64,000 nucleotides of DNA, taken from the IMG/VR virus record IMGVR_UViG_3300044950_001783, one strand, 5' to 3'. Source of the stretch: an uncultured virus (IMG/VR IMGVR_UViG_3300044950_001783) (Duplodnaviria; Heunggongvirae; Uroviricota; Caudoviricetes). A program made the translations under genes and the position numbers. The notes beneath the pieces are model-generated. The model was not told the DNA's origin, ran no database searches, and worked only from the letters and a program-made list of their open reading frames with translations. Below, piece after piece: positions 22,835 to 32,993 of the stretch. Each line of letters starts with the position of its first letter. The first letter of the stretch is position 1.

Positions 22835-25663
22835 ATGAGTCTCAAACCCTGGCGTGAAATCGCTGTTCCTCATGAGGACGTACTCAAAGGCACCTTCCAG
22901 CAGGCCGAATTCGCTGCGGATTTGTCACGCGTGCATGACGGCACGGCAACCGCCGAATATCAAAATCCGGCACTGTTTTTCCAGCGTACCTTCATCACCG
23001 AAGGGATGCGGCTGCTGCTCGACTCTGTGGTGAAGCGCTTGTCTGGCAAGGGTGGCGATCCGGTCATCCAGCTGCAGACGGCCTTCGGTGGCGGCAAGAC
23101 CCACACGATGTTGGCGGTCTATCACTTGGCCAGTGGCGAAGCCCAGGCAAGTGATCTGCCAGGAGTGCCAGCCATTCTGGATGCGGCGGGTGTCACCGAG
23201 CTACCGCGTGCGCGAATCGCAGTACTGGATGGCAACAAGTCTGCCCCCAATCAACCGACCGTGCGTGACGGCCAGAGTATCCGCACCCTTTGGGGCGATC
23301 TGGCCTGGCAGTTGGGCAAGGCGGAGGGTTACGCCCTGGTGGCGGATGCGGATGCCTCGGGCACTTCTCCCGGAAAGGCCGTGCTGGAGGCGTTGCTTAA
23401 TCGCTATGCGCCTTGCGTGATCTTGGTCGACGAGCTGGTCGCCTATGTGCGCCAGTTTGAAGAAGGCAAGTCTCTGTCCGGCGGCAGTTTCGATTCCAAC
23501 CTGAGCTTCATCCAGGCGCTGACTGAGGCGCTCAAGGCTGTGCCGACTGCGGTTCTGTTGGCTTCGTTGCCGGAGTCGGACAAGGAAGCGGGCAGTCAGC
23601 GTGGCGTGAAGGCCTTGGCTTCGCTGTCGCACTACTTCGGCCGCATTCAAGCCCTATGGAAACCGGTGGGCACCGAGGAGGCTTTCGAGATCGTCCGTCG
23701 CCGACTGTTCACCAACATCAACGACAAGCTGGCGGCGGAATCGGTGTGCCGCTCGTTCGCCGATTACTACATCGCGAACAGCGACGACTTTCCTCGCGAG
23801 ACACAAGAAAGCCGTTATTTCGATCGTCTGCTGCACGCCTACCCGATCCACCCGGAGGTGTTCGACCGCCTGTACGAGGATTGGTCATCACTGGACAATT
23901 TCCAGCGCACCCGTGGTGTGCTGAAGCTGATGGCCAAGGTCATTCACCGGCTTTGGATGGACAACGACAAAGACCCCCTGATCATGCCGGGCAGCTTTCC
24001 GCTGCAGGATGCGGACACCCGCAACGAGGTGATTTACTACCTGCCGCAGGGTTGGGACCCTGTTGTTGAACGCGACGTGGATGGCGACCGCGCCGAAACC
24101 ACTGAGATCGAAAACCGCGACACACGCCTTGGCAGTGTGCAAGCCTGCCGCCGCTCCGCGCGGACCATTTTCCTTGGTAGCGCGCCAAGCACAGCAAACC
24201 AGATGGTTCGAGGCCTGGAGCTGGAGCGTATCGTTTTGGGCGTGGCGCAGCCGGGCCAGCAGGTCAGCATTTACAAAGACGCGCTGCGCCGTCTGGGCGA
24301 CCGCTTGCACTATCTGAACAGCGCCAACAACAGGTTTTGGTTCGACACACGTCCAAACCTGCGCCGGGAGATGGAAGAGCGCAAGCGCCGGTTCCAGGAC
24401 AAGGAGGATGTGTTCCCTGCCATCCGTGACCGCGTACAACGTAGTTTCGCGTCCGGCGTGTTTGGCGGCACGCACGTCTTCACAGCCAGCGGCGACATTC
24501 CCGACGATTGGCAGTTGCGTCTGGTCGTGCTGCCGCCCGATGCGGCCTTCACCCGCAGCGGACAGAGCCTCGCGATTGAGCGCGCAACCGCGATTCTGAA
24601 GAATCGAGGCGACCAGCCGCGCTTCAAGCAGAACCGCCTGATTTTCCTCGCCGCCGACTACGACAGCGTAAGCCGCCTGAAGGATCAGGTGCGTTCGACC
24701 TTGGCGTGGCAGTCCATCGTCAGCGACATCAAGGAGATGAAGCTCAACCTCGACCAATTCCAGGCGCGGCAAGCCAGCAAGAGCATGGAAGATGCGAACG
24801 AGGCACTGCGCCGGATGATCCGAGAGACCTACAAGTGGATGGTTGCCCCGATGCAAGAGGCTCGTCCAGGCAAGGGGTTGTCAGAAATTCAGTGGGAGCA
24901 CTTCCAGGTCAACCCAAGCGCGCAGAACCTGTCGCAGGAGATCGAGCGCGTACTGAAGGAAAACGAACTCCTGATCACCGAGTGGGCCCCGATCCACTTG
25001 GCCAAGGTGCTGAAAGACTGGTTCTGGAAGGAAGACGTCAAGGAAGCCAGCGCGCTCAATGTTTGGCAACAGAGTTGCCAGCAGCTCTATCTGCCCCGCC
25101 TCAAGGACGACACGACGTTCCAACATACGATGGCCGTCGGCGCGGAGAGCCGGGACTTCTTCGGCTTCGCACAGGGCAAAGAAGATGGCCGCTATGTTGG
25201 CTTCAGCATCGGCAAGCGCACGTCACTGTTTCTCGACTCATCGCTACTGCTAATTGAACCGGTCACCGCCGCTGGATACGCCGAAGCGCAACGGGCCGCC
25301 GAAGAAGCAGCCCGGCCGAAGCCGGCCGAACCTGGAAACATGCCCCCGGGTAGCGGCACGCCCCGCGCCGAGGATCCAGCCAAGCCGACCTATCAGACCG
25401 GTGGTGACAGTGCCGCGCAGGCGGTCAAGAAGCAGTTCTACGGCAGTATCGAACTCGATGCGATTCAGGCCAAGAAGCAATTCGCCGACCTGGTCGATGA
25501 AGTGATTCTGCAATTTACTGCGCGACCCGGGGTAAAGGTCAAGATTGCCATCGAGATTCAGGCCGAGTCGACCACGGGTTTCGATGATGGATTGCAGCGC
25601 GCAGTGAAGGAGAACTGCAATGTGCTGCGGTTCAAGAATGCGGAATTTGAGGACGGCGAGTGA
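22835..25663 (+). CDS. DUF499 ATPase
   Basis: LKPWRE...PHEDV...[44 protein letters not shown]. Confidence 0.92.
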   Translation: MSLKPWREIAVPHEDVLKGTFQQAEFAADLSRVHDGTATAEYQNPALFFQRTFITEGMRLLLDSVVKRLSGKGGDPVIQLQTAFGGGKTHTMLAVYHLASGEAQASDLPGVPAILDAAGVTELPRARIAVLDGNKSAPNQPTVRDGQSIRTLWGDLAWQLGKAEGYALVADADASGTSPGKAVLEALLNRYAPCVILVDELVAYVRQFEEGKSLSGGSFDSNLSFIQALTEALKAVPTAVLLASLPESDKEAGSQRGVKALASLSHYFGRIQALWKPVGTEEAFEIVRRRLFTNINDKLAAESVCRSFADYYIANSDDFPRETQESRYFDRLLHAYPIHPEVFDRLYEDWSSLDNFQRTRGVLKLMAKVIHRLWMDNDKDPLIMPGSFPLQDADTRNEVIYYLPQGWDPVVERDVDGDRAETTEIENRDTRLGSVQACRRSARTIFLGSAPSTANQMVRGLELERIVLGVAQPGQQVSIYKDALRRLGDRLHYLNSANNRFWFDTRPNLRREMEERKRRFQDKEDVFPAIRDRVQRSFASGVFGGTHVFTASGDIPDDWQLRLVVLPPDAAFTRSGQSLAIERATAILKNRGDQPRFKQNRLIFLAADYDSVSRLKDQVRSTLAWQSIVSDIKEMKLNLDQFQARQASKSMEDANEALRRMIRETYKWMVAPMQEARPGKGLSEIQWEHFQVNPSAQNLSQEIERVLKENELLITEWAPIHLAKVLKDWFWKEDVKEASALNVWQQSCQQLYLPRLKDDTTFQHTMAVGAESRDFFGFAQGKEDGRYVGFSIGKRTSLFLDSSLLLIEPVTAAGYAEAQRAAEEAARPKPAEPGNMPPGSGTPRAEDPAKPTYQTGGDSAAQAVKKQFYGSIELDAIQAKKQFADLVDEVILQFTARPGVKVKIAIEIQAESTTGFDDGLQRAVKENCNVLRFKNAEFEDGE

Positions 25664-27102
25664 TGGATCGCGAGATCGAGCTGTTCATCCAAGACTATCT
25701 CAAAGAGATACGGGAAGATAACGCAGCCATCTTCGCAGGTGCAGGATTGTCAGCTCCAGCTGGGTTCGTGAACTGGCGGGATTTGTTACGCCCAATTGCG
25801 GAGGAGCTTCGCCTTGATGTCGATAAAGAACACGATTTAGTGGCAGTAGCCCAGTACCACTGCAATGAAAATGGTGGCAACCGGCATAAATTGAATCAGC
25901 TGCTAATCGAGCAACTCACTGTTGGAGCGGCCCCAACGGATAACCACAAGGTATTGGCTCGCCTCCCAATTAGCACGTACTGGACGACGAACTACGACCA
26001 GCTTATTGAGACAGCTCTGAAGGACGCCGGGAAGATAGCGGACGTCAAATATGTCACCGAGCAACTGGCCACTACCAAGTCAAGGCGAGATGCTGTTGTC
26101 TACAAGATGCACGGTGACGTGGAGCATCCGCACGACGCAGTTCTGATTAAAGACGACTATGAGAAGTACCACATAAAGAGGGGCGCGTTCACCAACGCAC
26201 TCTCCGGAGATCTAGTTTCCAAGACGTTCCTGTTCATCGGTTTCAGCTTTACCGATCCGAACCTTGACTACGTCCTCAGCCGAGTGCGCGTGAATTTCCG
26301 CGAAAATCAACGGCGGCATTACTGCATCTTTAAAAAGCGCACGAAACAGAATGGCGAAAGTGATGCTGAATTTGAGAATGCCAAGATTAAGCAGCGGTTG
26401 GCAATTGAGGATCTGAAACGATTCAATATTAAAACACTACTGATCGACGAGTACGCGCAAATCACGGAAATCTTGGTACGGATAGAACGGCAGTATCGTC
26501 AACGCACGATATTCATTTCCGGGAGTGCCGAGGAATACGGTGCCTGGACTAAAGCGGAGACGGAAGAGTTCCTGCGAGATATAAGTCGAGCATTAGTGCA
26601 GCAAGGTTACCGGATTGCAACCGGGGTGGGATTGGGCGTTGGGGACGCTGTTATCACTGGGGCCATTGAGGAGGTATACCGAGCACGTACCGGGCATATT
26701 GAGGACTCTCTAATCATGCGCCCGTTCCCGCGAGCCAATTCTGACCCTGCAGTCCGAAAGCAATTATGGGAATCCTACCGGCAAGAGTTGATTTCTAGCG
26801 CTGGCATCTGCTTGCTAGTGCTGGGAAACAAGAAGGCTGGAGTGGACATTGTGCTTGCCGATGGCGTCCGCCGTGAGTTTGAGATTGCCGTTGATCATGG
26901 ACTTAGTGTGGTGCCTATCGGTGCGACGGGATATATGGCGCGCGAATTATGGAATCAGGTAGTTGGATCAATGGAAACGTACTACCCAGGGAAAAACGGC
27001 GAGCTAAAAAACAAGTTTGATCAGTTGGGGAGCGAAGTCGAGAAGCCTGCAGAGCTGATTTCTCGAATTCTGGGTTTCATAACGCTTATCACTAAGGAGT
27101 AG
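25663..27102 (+). CDS. thsA: Thoeris ThsA (SIR2 NADase + STALD/SLOG sensor)
   Basis: GAGLS, TTNYD, YKMHGD, FLFIGFSFTDPN; C-terminal IFISGSA...GVGLGVG...PIGATG. Confidence 0.92.
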   Translation: MDREIELFIQDYLKEIREDNAAIFAGAGLSAPAGFVNWRDLLRPIAEELRLDVDKEHDLVAVAQYHCNENGGNRHKLNQLLIEQLTVGAAPTDNHKVLARLPISTYWTTNYDQLIETALKDAGKIADVKYVTEQLATTKSRRDAVVYKMHGDVEHPHDAVLIKDDYEKYHIKRGAFTNALSGDLVSKTFLFIGFSFTDPNLDYVLSRVRVNFRENQRRHYCIFKKRTKQNGESDAEFENAKIKQRLAIEDLKRFNIKTLLIDEYAQITEILVRIERQYRQRTIFISGSAEEYGAWTKAETEEFLRDISRALVQQGYRIATGVGLGVGDAVITGAIEEVYRARTGHIEDSLIMRPFPRANSDPAVRKQLWESYRQELISSAGICLLVLGNKKAGVDIVLADGVRREFEIAVDHGLSVVPIGATGYMARELWNQVVGSMETYYPGKNGELKNKFDQLGSEVEKPAELISRILGFITLITKE

Positions 27103-27105
27103 AAA

Positions 27106-27597
27106 ATGGCACGACGCGTATTTTTCAGTTTTCACTACGACCGGGATATACGACGCGTAGTGCAGGTTAGAAACTCGTGGATTGTCCGGGCGGGCAATGA
27201 GACCCAACCTTTCATGGATAAGGCTGAATGGGAATCCATAAAGCGCACTGGCACTCAAGCCATCGAAAAGTGGATCGACAAGCAGCTTAATGGAACATCG
27301 GTGACTGTCGTTTTGATTGGCGCTGAGACCTATGATCGAGAATGGGTTAAGCACGAGATCAAGCGGAGTTACGAACTCGGAAAAGGCATGCTGGGGATTT
27401 TCATTCACAACGTAAAAGACCCGCAGAATGGAATGGACACGAAGGGCAAGAATCCGTTTGCCCACTGGTCAATCAAGAAAAGTGGGCGTGACGTGCCGTT
27501 TTCAGAGCTCTACAAGACATACGATTGGGTTCGAAATGATGGCTACAGTAACTTTGCTAGCTGGATTGAAAGTGCTGCCTTGGCCGCTGGGCGCTAA
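27106..27597 (+). CDS. thsB: Thoeris ThsB TIR protein (DUF1863 type)
   Basis: RRVFFSFHY, SVTVVLIGAET, WVKHEI (catalytic Glu); directly follows thsA. Confidence 0.9.
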   Translation: MARRVFFSFHYDRDIRRVVQVRNSWIVRAGNETQPFMDKAEWESIKRTGTQAIEKWIDKQLNGTSVTVVLIGAETYDREWVKHEIKRSYELGKGMLGIFIHNVKDPQNGMDTKGKNPFAHWSIKKSGRDVPFSELYKTYDWVRNDGYSNFASWIESAALAAGR

Positions 27598-27614
27598 GCG
27601 AGGAATCTGGAGAT

Positions 27615-28208
27615 ATGGCGTTTCTGACAAACAGCGAAGTGCGGCAAGCAGCACAAGGCAGGTTGCAAAAGAGTTTTTCAGTATCTGCATCTCAAGTGCT
27701 TCGAGAAGCCGTGCGAGCATCAAGCGCGGAAGACAAATTTGATATTTTCTTGTCGCACGCATCCGAAGATTCTGAGATCGTTCTTGGTGTCCGTGAAATT
27801 CTTATTGGCCTCGGACTGACCGTATATATCGATTGGATTGACGACCCGCAGTTGGATCGAGGCAACGTTACTGCCGAAAATGCTGACATGCTGCGTCGGC
27901 GTATGCGCGCATCGAAAAGCCTAATTTTCTTGACAACAAAGAACAGTGCAACGTCACGGTGGATGCCTTGGGAACTCGGTTTCTTTGACGGTCTCAAGAC
28001 AGGATTTATCGGGGTTCTACCGATTGTTGGCTATTCCGGTGGCACGTTTTCGGGCCAAGAGTATCTTGGGTTGTATCCTTTGGTCGAAAAGCTGCCACTT
28101 ACTGATGGCGGAACAAAGTTTTGTGTCGTCGAGCGGGCTAGAAAAGGCTATCGATTCTTGGATGATTTTGCCCGCGGGCAGGGGACGATACGTGCGTTCA
28201 GCGGCTAA
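27615..28208 (+). CDS. thsB: Second TIR-domain protein (ThsB-like)
   Basis: FDIFLSHASED, VYIDWIDD, SRWMPWELGFFDG (catalytic Glu). Confidence 0.85.
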   Translation: MAFLTNSEVRQAAQGRLQKSFSVSASQVLREAVRASSAEDKFDIFLSHASEDSEIVLGVREILIGLGLTVYIDWIDDPQLDRGNVTAENADMLRRRMRASKSLIFLTTKNSATSRWMPWELGFFDGLKTGFIGVLPIVGYSGGTFSGQEYLGLYPLVEKLPLTDGGTKFCVVERARKGYRFLDDFARGQGTIRAFSG

Positions 28209-28224
28209 AAAACTTAGTTGATTC

Positions 28225-28686
28225 TCAAAGTAGCAACATCAAAATCTCTGCGTTACGCCTTTCCACCAGCCCAGGCAATACAAGCCCTCCGCCGTAAATC
28301 CAACGGCGTAGTTCCTGCGCAGCGCTCGACCAGTCTTTCTGATTGATCCGCCGCCGTAGCGTCGATGCTTGCAGCCGCCCCGCCCCGAGGTTGAAGGTGA
28401 AATCGACGATCGCCGCGAGCCGATTTTCAGGCCCGGTGGCCAAAACCGGGCAGTAACGCAGCGTGGCGTTCAGCGCCGACATCAGGTCGCGAGCCAGATT
28501 GACCTCGGCTTCGGCCTCCGTGATCGGCGGATGCTTCGGATCGCAAAGATGCCCATAGCCGATGGTCCAGTACCCCGCAGGGCAGACATACGGGTGCGCC
28601 CGGAGCAGTGGGTCCCCTTTCGGCACCCGATGAAATCCCTCAAACCGCTTGGCCAGATCGATGGCCGCCTCGGGTACTTGCATCAC
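28225..28686 (-). CDS. Phage lysozyme (GH24 endolysin)
   Basis: KRFEG...YVCPAGYWTIGYGH...DFTFNLG...LPGLVERR. Confidence 0.92.
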   Translation of the reverse strand: MMQVPEAAIDLAKRFEGFHRVPKGDPLLRAHPYVCPAGYWTIGYGHLCDPKHPPITEAEAEVNLARDLMSALNATLRYCPVLATGPENRLAAIVDFTFNLGAGRLQASTLRRRINQKDWSSAAQELRRWIYGGGLVLPGLVERRNAEILMLLL

Positions 28687-29156
28687 CGCATCCGATCAAA
28701 CACGCGGCCGAGGAACCAGAAATTCAGCACCCCGGCCCACAACGCCTGATCAGCATCCGTCCAGGCATGAACAACCGCCACACTCCACAGAGCCCCGCCG
28801 TTGATGGCTGCTGTGAACGCCGCCGTCTTGGCTGCGCAGTACAAGGCCATGAACCAGTAGGTGACGACCGGCCGCACGCTGGACGACAGCGCATCCGCCC
28901 AGGCCACCCCAGTTTTTTCACCCTGAGTGCGCACAGCATCGCGCAGAGCCTCGATGGCCCCGGTGTTCCAGGCTGCTTCGGCACTCACGCCAATCTCGGC
29001 CATGCGCTGTGCGCCCCGAATCTTCTCGAATTCCAGCGCCTTGTCCTGCATCGCCAGTTCGTGGCCGCGCTCACCCTTGCGGTCGAGCCACTTCAGTACC
29101 TCGGGTGCCAGACGAAACGCCCCGCCCAACAATCCCCCCAGCAATGTTTCGATCAT
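28683..29156 (-). CDS. Membrane protein, putative holin
   Basis: Hydrophobic segments, SVRPVVTY and NFWFLGR motifs; overlaps the lysozyme start. Confidence 0.6.
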   Translation of the reverse strand: MIETLLGGLLGGAFRLAPEVLKWLDRKGERGHELAMQDKALEFEKIRGAQRMAEIGVSAEAAWNTGAIEALRDAVRTQGEKTGVAWADALSSSVRPVVTYWFMALYCAAKTAAFTAAINGGALWSVAVVHAWTDADQALWAGVLNFWFLGRVFDRMR

Positions 29157-29446
29157 GGCGCGCTCCCGAAGATTTTCAGTTTCAGAACGGTGCCGGCGAC
29201 GACCGCCAGAACCAGGCCGGTGACCAGCATTTTCACGATGGTGATGCCGGCGGTGCGCTTGGCCTCGTTAAAGGCATCGAGCAGGTTGCGCAGTTCGCGG
29301 ATGTCATGGGCGGCGTCCTCGCCGTCCAGGCCGACGCCATGCAGGGCGGTCTTGGCCCCCTTGGCGGCGGCGCATTCCAGGATGCGCTCCAGTTCTTCCT
29401 GGGGCAGCGTCACCGACTTGCGACGCTCGATCAGTGGTTCAGTCAT
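29153..29446 (-). CDS. Lysis-cassette membrane protein (DUF6127-like)
   Basis: AAAKGAKTALHGVGLDGEDAAHDIRELRNLL plus C-terminal TM; GGAG RBS. Confidence 0.7.
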   Translation of the reverse strand: MTEPLIERRKSVTLPQEELERILECAAAKGAKTALHGVGLDGEDAAHDIRELRNLLDAFNEAKRTAGITIVKMLVTGLVLAVVAGTVLKLKIFGSAP

Positions 29447-29469
29447 GTTTCTGCTCTCCATAAATGCGA

Positions 29470-29490
29470 AACCCGCCACGAGGGCGGGTT
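29470..29490 (-). terminator. Hairpin between tail and lysis genes
   Basis: AACCCGCC-ACGAG-GGCGGGTT; weak T tail. Confidence 0.45.
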
Positions 29491-29514
29491 CCAGGGTCGT
29501 GCGTAAAACGAGCT

Positions 29515-29733
29515 TCAGACGGGATAGATGTGCCGTGCCACCGGAGCACGGGTTGCCATGCCGTGGCGGACCAGCACCCGGTCGCCGATGGCCAGGACAT
29601 CGAGGGAGCGCGCCGTCACCGCACCGCGTTCGGTGGCGACACGCACCAAGCTGCCGTTGAACCCCACCAACGCGCCGACCACAGTTAGGTCAGGGGCGAT
29701 GAGGCGCGAGAGTTCCTGCAGCGGGAATGTCAT
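29515..29733 (-). CDS. Phage tail-region hypothetical protein
   Basis: 72 aa; ATGA-coupled to the upstream gene. Confidence 0.7.
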   Translation of the reverse strand: MTFPLQELSRLIAPDLTVVGALVGFNGSLVRVATERGAVTARSLDVLAIGDRVLVRHGMATRAPVARHIYPV

Positions 29734-30026
29734 CGCAGCTGCTCCAGGTTGAGACGGGTGTCGATGGCCGCCTCAGTCACCGTGATCTGGATGCCGGTAA
29801 CCTTGGCGCGGTAGGCGCTTGCGGTGGATGGGTCATTGGCCTCGACGATTTGGCCGAGGCGGAACCCAGGCCGGAAAACGACTTCCAACTCGATCTGGTT
29901 GAACGCATGCGCATGGGCATCCATCTCGGCCACACCCCGCTGCAGCAAGGCCTCGTCCGACAACAGCGGCTCGACAATGGGCGTGCCCTCGCGCAGACCG
30001 TCACCGCGATAGACCTCGACGATCAT
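29730..30026 (-). CDS. Phage tail-region hypothetical protein
   Basis: 98 aa; ATGA overlaps on both sides. Confidence 0.75.
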   Translation of the reverse strand: MIVEVYRGDGLREGTPIVEPLLSDEALLQRGVAEMDAHAHAFNQIELEVVFRPGFRLGQIVEANDPSTASAYRAKVTGIQITVTEAAIDTRLNLEQLR

Positions 30027-30532
30027 GTCGCGCTCCCCTTGATCAGGGCGAGGATCGAGAAGTCGGTTTCCCCGTTGAGCGCGGCGGGCGAAGCCAGGGC
30101 ATAAACCTGGGCCTGGGCCTCGTAGGTGACCTTGGCCACGCCCACGCCTTTCACTGCGGATTTAACTGTTACCTTGTCGGACTGGAGCGTGAGGGTGCCC
30201 AAACTGCGGCCATACCAGACCGATGAGTCGATTCCCGCCCGGGCCGGCACGCTGAGACTGGCGTTATCGGTTTCCTCGAACATCATTTCGTCAGTGACCG
30301 TCACGGTCGCTGTGCCCTGGGCGGAAAGTGAGCCCGCCGAGCAGATCGTCTCGGTGATGCTGACGTTGTCCGACTTGTAGACGAGGATGTAGACCGTCTC
30401 GCCCGGGCTGAACGACGTTTTTCCGCCATTCAAACCCTGCGGCCGGGCATCCACCTCGGCTGAGAGATGCCCCTCGCTCGTACCCTGGCCGTCAGGGCTG
30501 CCGAACTGCACGCGGATGGTGGCATTGGCCAT
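30023..30532 (-). CDS. Phage tail-region hypothetical protein (beta-rich)
   Basis: 169 aa; AAGGAG RBS; operonic. Confidence 0.75.
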   Translation of the reverse strand: MANATIRVQFGSPDGQGTSEGHLSAEVDARPQGLNGGKTSFSPGETVYILVYKSDNVSITETICSAGSLSAQGTATVTVTDEMMFEETDNASLSVPARAGIDSSVWYGRSLGTLTLQSDKVTVKSAVKGVGVAKVTYEAQAQVYALASPAALNGETDFSILALIKGSAT

Positions 30533-30543
30533 GCATTACTCCT

Positions 30544-32166
30544 TCAAGCGTCGACCAGGATGAACTGGACTTCCTCATCGGCGGCGAGCGTGACGCGCCA
30601 GTCGAGAGAGGTGGTGGTGTAGGTGAGATCGAGCAGGCTGTATCCGGGCACCGCCGCGACCAGCGACTGGCCGTCCGCCGTCACGACCCCGAGATCGGTG
30701 TGCTGCCAGGTGGCGCTGGTGATGGCCGTGACCGGATATCGGGTGCTCGCCCGACCTTCGATGAATTCAACGACTTCGGAATCGCTGCGCATCACTTCGC
30801 CCAGGGCAGCGATGACGGTGGCCGGGTGCCCGGTGTGCGTGAGCAGCACGGGCCGCACTGTCATCAGGTAGGCTCGTACCGTGCCCTGATTGGCGTCGTC
30901 GGCATCGGCGACATACTCGATGCGATCAGTGGAACTCCCGCTCGCGCCGTCCTCGTTGGCCAGGGTGACCCGGTTGTAGCCGCGCGCCGGGACGTTCTGG
31001 GCACGGCTGGCCAGAACATCGGCATCGAACAACTGGTGGGACACCGGCGCTTTCCCATAGTCGGGGATGCTCACCGCATGCCGACGGCGGCAAACCACCG
31101 TGCCGTCCGGATTGCTCTCGACAATCCCACCGATGGCGGCAACCACGCTGCGGGCAGCAGCGAGCGGTGTCACGCCTTCCATCAGCAGCCGACCGGCAGG
31201 GATGATCCAGTCCGGCAATTGCCAGTTCACCGCGCCGATCAGTTCCTCCACCGCCGAGCGTGCCGGCAGAGCCCCAGGCTGGTAATACCGGGTCGTCGCC
31301 GCGAAGGGGGAATCAAGCAGGGCCAACGGCGAGATGGCGGTCAGTTCGCAGCGCTGGCTGGTCTGTGACTCCCGCGACAGGGTCTTGCCGTCCACCACCA
31401 GCGCGAAGGTTTCCAGGCCCAGGACAAGGGTGATCGGGTCACCGATCGCAATGGCGGCGAAATCCGCGACGTTCGCGATCTCGACCGTCGCGATCCACAC
31501 CGGACTACCCTCATCACAACTCAGGGTGGCCTGGAGGATGCGGATCGTGCGGTCCTGCCAGACCAATTCCGGTGTGTTCATCACCGCCTGGAGATGCTGA
31601 TCGGCAAGCAACGACCAGGATGTGGTGAGCCGCTTGGCGACCGGATTCATGTCCGTCACGCCGTACCCAATTACATGGCACGCGACGACCGACTGTGTCA
31701 GCCAGTAGGAGAAACGCATGGCCTTCCGGCAGGTGCCGAGATCGGAGTACAGCGCCAGGTGCCGCTTCCGGAGCAGGTTCACCTCGCCATAGGGCAAATC
31801 AATTCTGGCCCGAAGCCGTTGCACATCACCGTAAGGCAGCGTCACTCGCAACCGGTGCTGCCGGGCATCTCCATAGGGAATGGCCATGCGCCGCCGATGC
31901 TGACGCAGGTCGCCATAAGGCACGCGGTTCCCTCGCTCCAGGCGCAGGCCATAGGGAGCACAGTGCGTGCCGGCAAAGCGCAGCGTCCAGCCGGTTTCAT
32001 TCCGCCACGCCCTGGCCCGAGTAAGGTCCCAGGCGGTGGCATTGGATGCAAAAACCTCGGTCGTACCCCAGGCGGCCGAGAAGCGGACTCGCAACCGCGA
32101 CGGACCAGAGTCGGCATGAACGCCCAGTTGCAGCGTCAGGCCGATGGACAGGCCGGTGTCGATCAT
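30544..32166 (-). CDS. Putative tail tip/hub protein with 14-aa PYGD repeats
   Basis: 540 aa; position downstream of the tape measure gene; repeats visible in the translation. Confidence 0.65.
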   Translation of the reverse strand: MIDTGLSIGLTLQLGVHADSGPSRLRVRFSAAWGTTEVFASNATAWDLTRARAWRNETGWTLRFAGTHCAPYGLRLERGNRVPYGDLRQHRRRMAIPYGDARQHRLRVTLPYGDVQRLRARIDLPYGEVNLLRKRHLALYSDLGTCRKAMRFSYWLTQSVVACHVIGYGVTDMNPVAKRLTTSWSLLADQHLQAVMNTPELVWQDRTIRILQATLSCDEGSPVWIATVEIANVADFAAIAIGDPITLVLGLETFALVVDGKTLSRESQTSQRCELTAISPLALLDSPFAATTRYYQPGALPARSAVEELIGAVNWQLPDWIIPAGRLLMEGVTPLAAARSVVAAIGGIVESNPDGTVVCRRRHAVSIPDYGKAPVSHQLFDADVLASRAQNVPARGYNRVTLANEDGASGSSTDRIEYVADADDANQGTVRAYLMTVRPVLLTHTGHPATVIAALGEVMRSDSEVVEFIEGRASTRYPVTAITSATWQHTDLGVVTADGQSLVAAVPGYSLLDLTYTTTSLDWRVTLAADEEVQFILVDA

Positions 32167-32993
32167 CAGAGCGCCGTGAAGCTGGCCGGTGCGGGCAAAG
32201 CAAGCGGCGCGTAGTCATTGGCAAATGCCCACCATCCCGGCAGCGGTGCTTCTCCCCAGGCATAACCGCTGGTCAGCTTCATGATGTGTTCGATCTCGCC
32301 TTGCAGGTGCGCTCCCGGCGAGTTGTCGATTGTGCAAAACAGCGGGGCAACCATTCGTGGTAGGGGCGATTCTGCGTGCCGCTGCACGCCAGCGAGCGGA
32401 GACCAGAGTGTGCCGACAGCGTGGATATTGATATCGCCAGCCTCCGTGATTGCGTATGGCGTGCGCCACTCACCACCGTCATGAATGCCATAACGACAGG
32501 CCAACCCGACATAACGGTCGGCGGCGTAGCGGCGCGTCCTCGAGGCCATGGCGCTCGATTCGAACCAGTGTCCGTACTCCGGATGCAAAGCGTCCCATTG
32601 TTTGGAAATCAGCCACCACCAGCCTGCGCTGCCGTCGGCGGCGAAGGTGACAGCCCGATAGGAGGCCCACTGCGGATCGGTGTCGGCATTGAGCAAATAC
32701 ACACCATGTGAGGAGCGGCTGTTCAAATCGTCGTCATTCATGCCCCAGATGGCGCGGGCGCGAATGTTGTAGCCGCTGCCGTCTTGCTCGATGCGCCAGT
32801 GGGGAATGTCATCGCTGATCGTGCCTGCCGCGTGGCCAGCGGGGAGCACTTCAAAGGCGAAGTCATTCTGGTAGATGATGACGAACCCCGCCGCTTCAAA
32901 AAACGCCTTGAGCGTGGCCAGCATGGCGATCAGTGCCGTCCCATCGAAATCGCCGGCAGCATATTCCTTGGTGAAACCCACCGTCGCCATCAC
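32166..32993 (-). CDS. Tail-region hypothetical protein, aromatic-rich
   Basis: 275 aa; overlaps both neighbours. Confidence 0.7.
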   Translation of the reverse strand: MMATVGFTKEYAAGDFDGTALIAMLATLKAFFEAAGFVIIYQNDFAFEVLPAGHAAGTISDDIPHWRIEQDGSGYNIRARAIWGMNDDDLNSRSSHGVYLLNADTDPQWASYRAVTFAADGSAGWWWLISKQWDALHPEYGHWFESSAMASRTRRYAADRYVGLACRYGIHDGGEWRTPYAITEAGDINIHAVGTLWSPLAGVQRHAESPLPRMVAPLFCTIDNSPGAHLQGEIEHIMKLTSGYAWGEAPLPGWWAFANDYAPLALPAPASFTAL

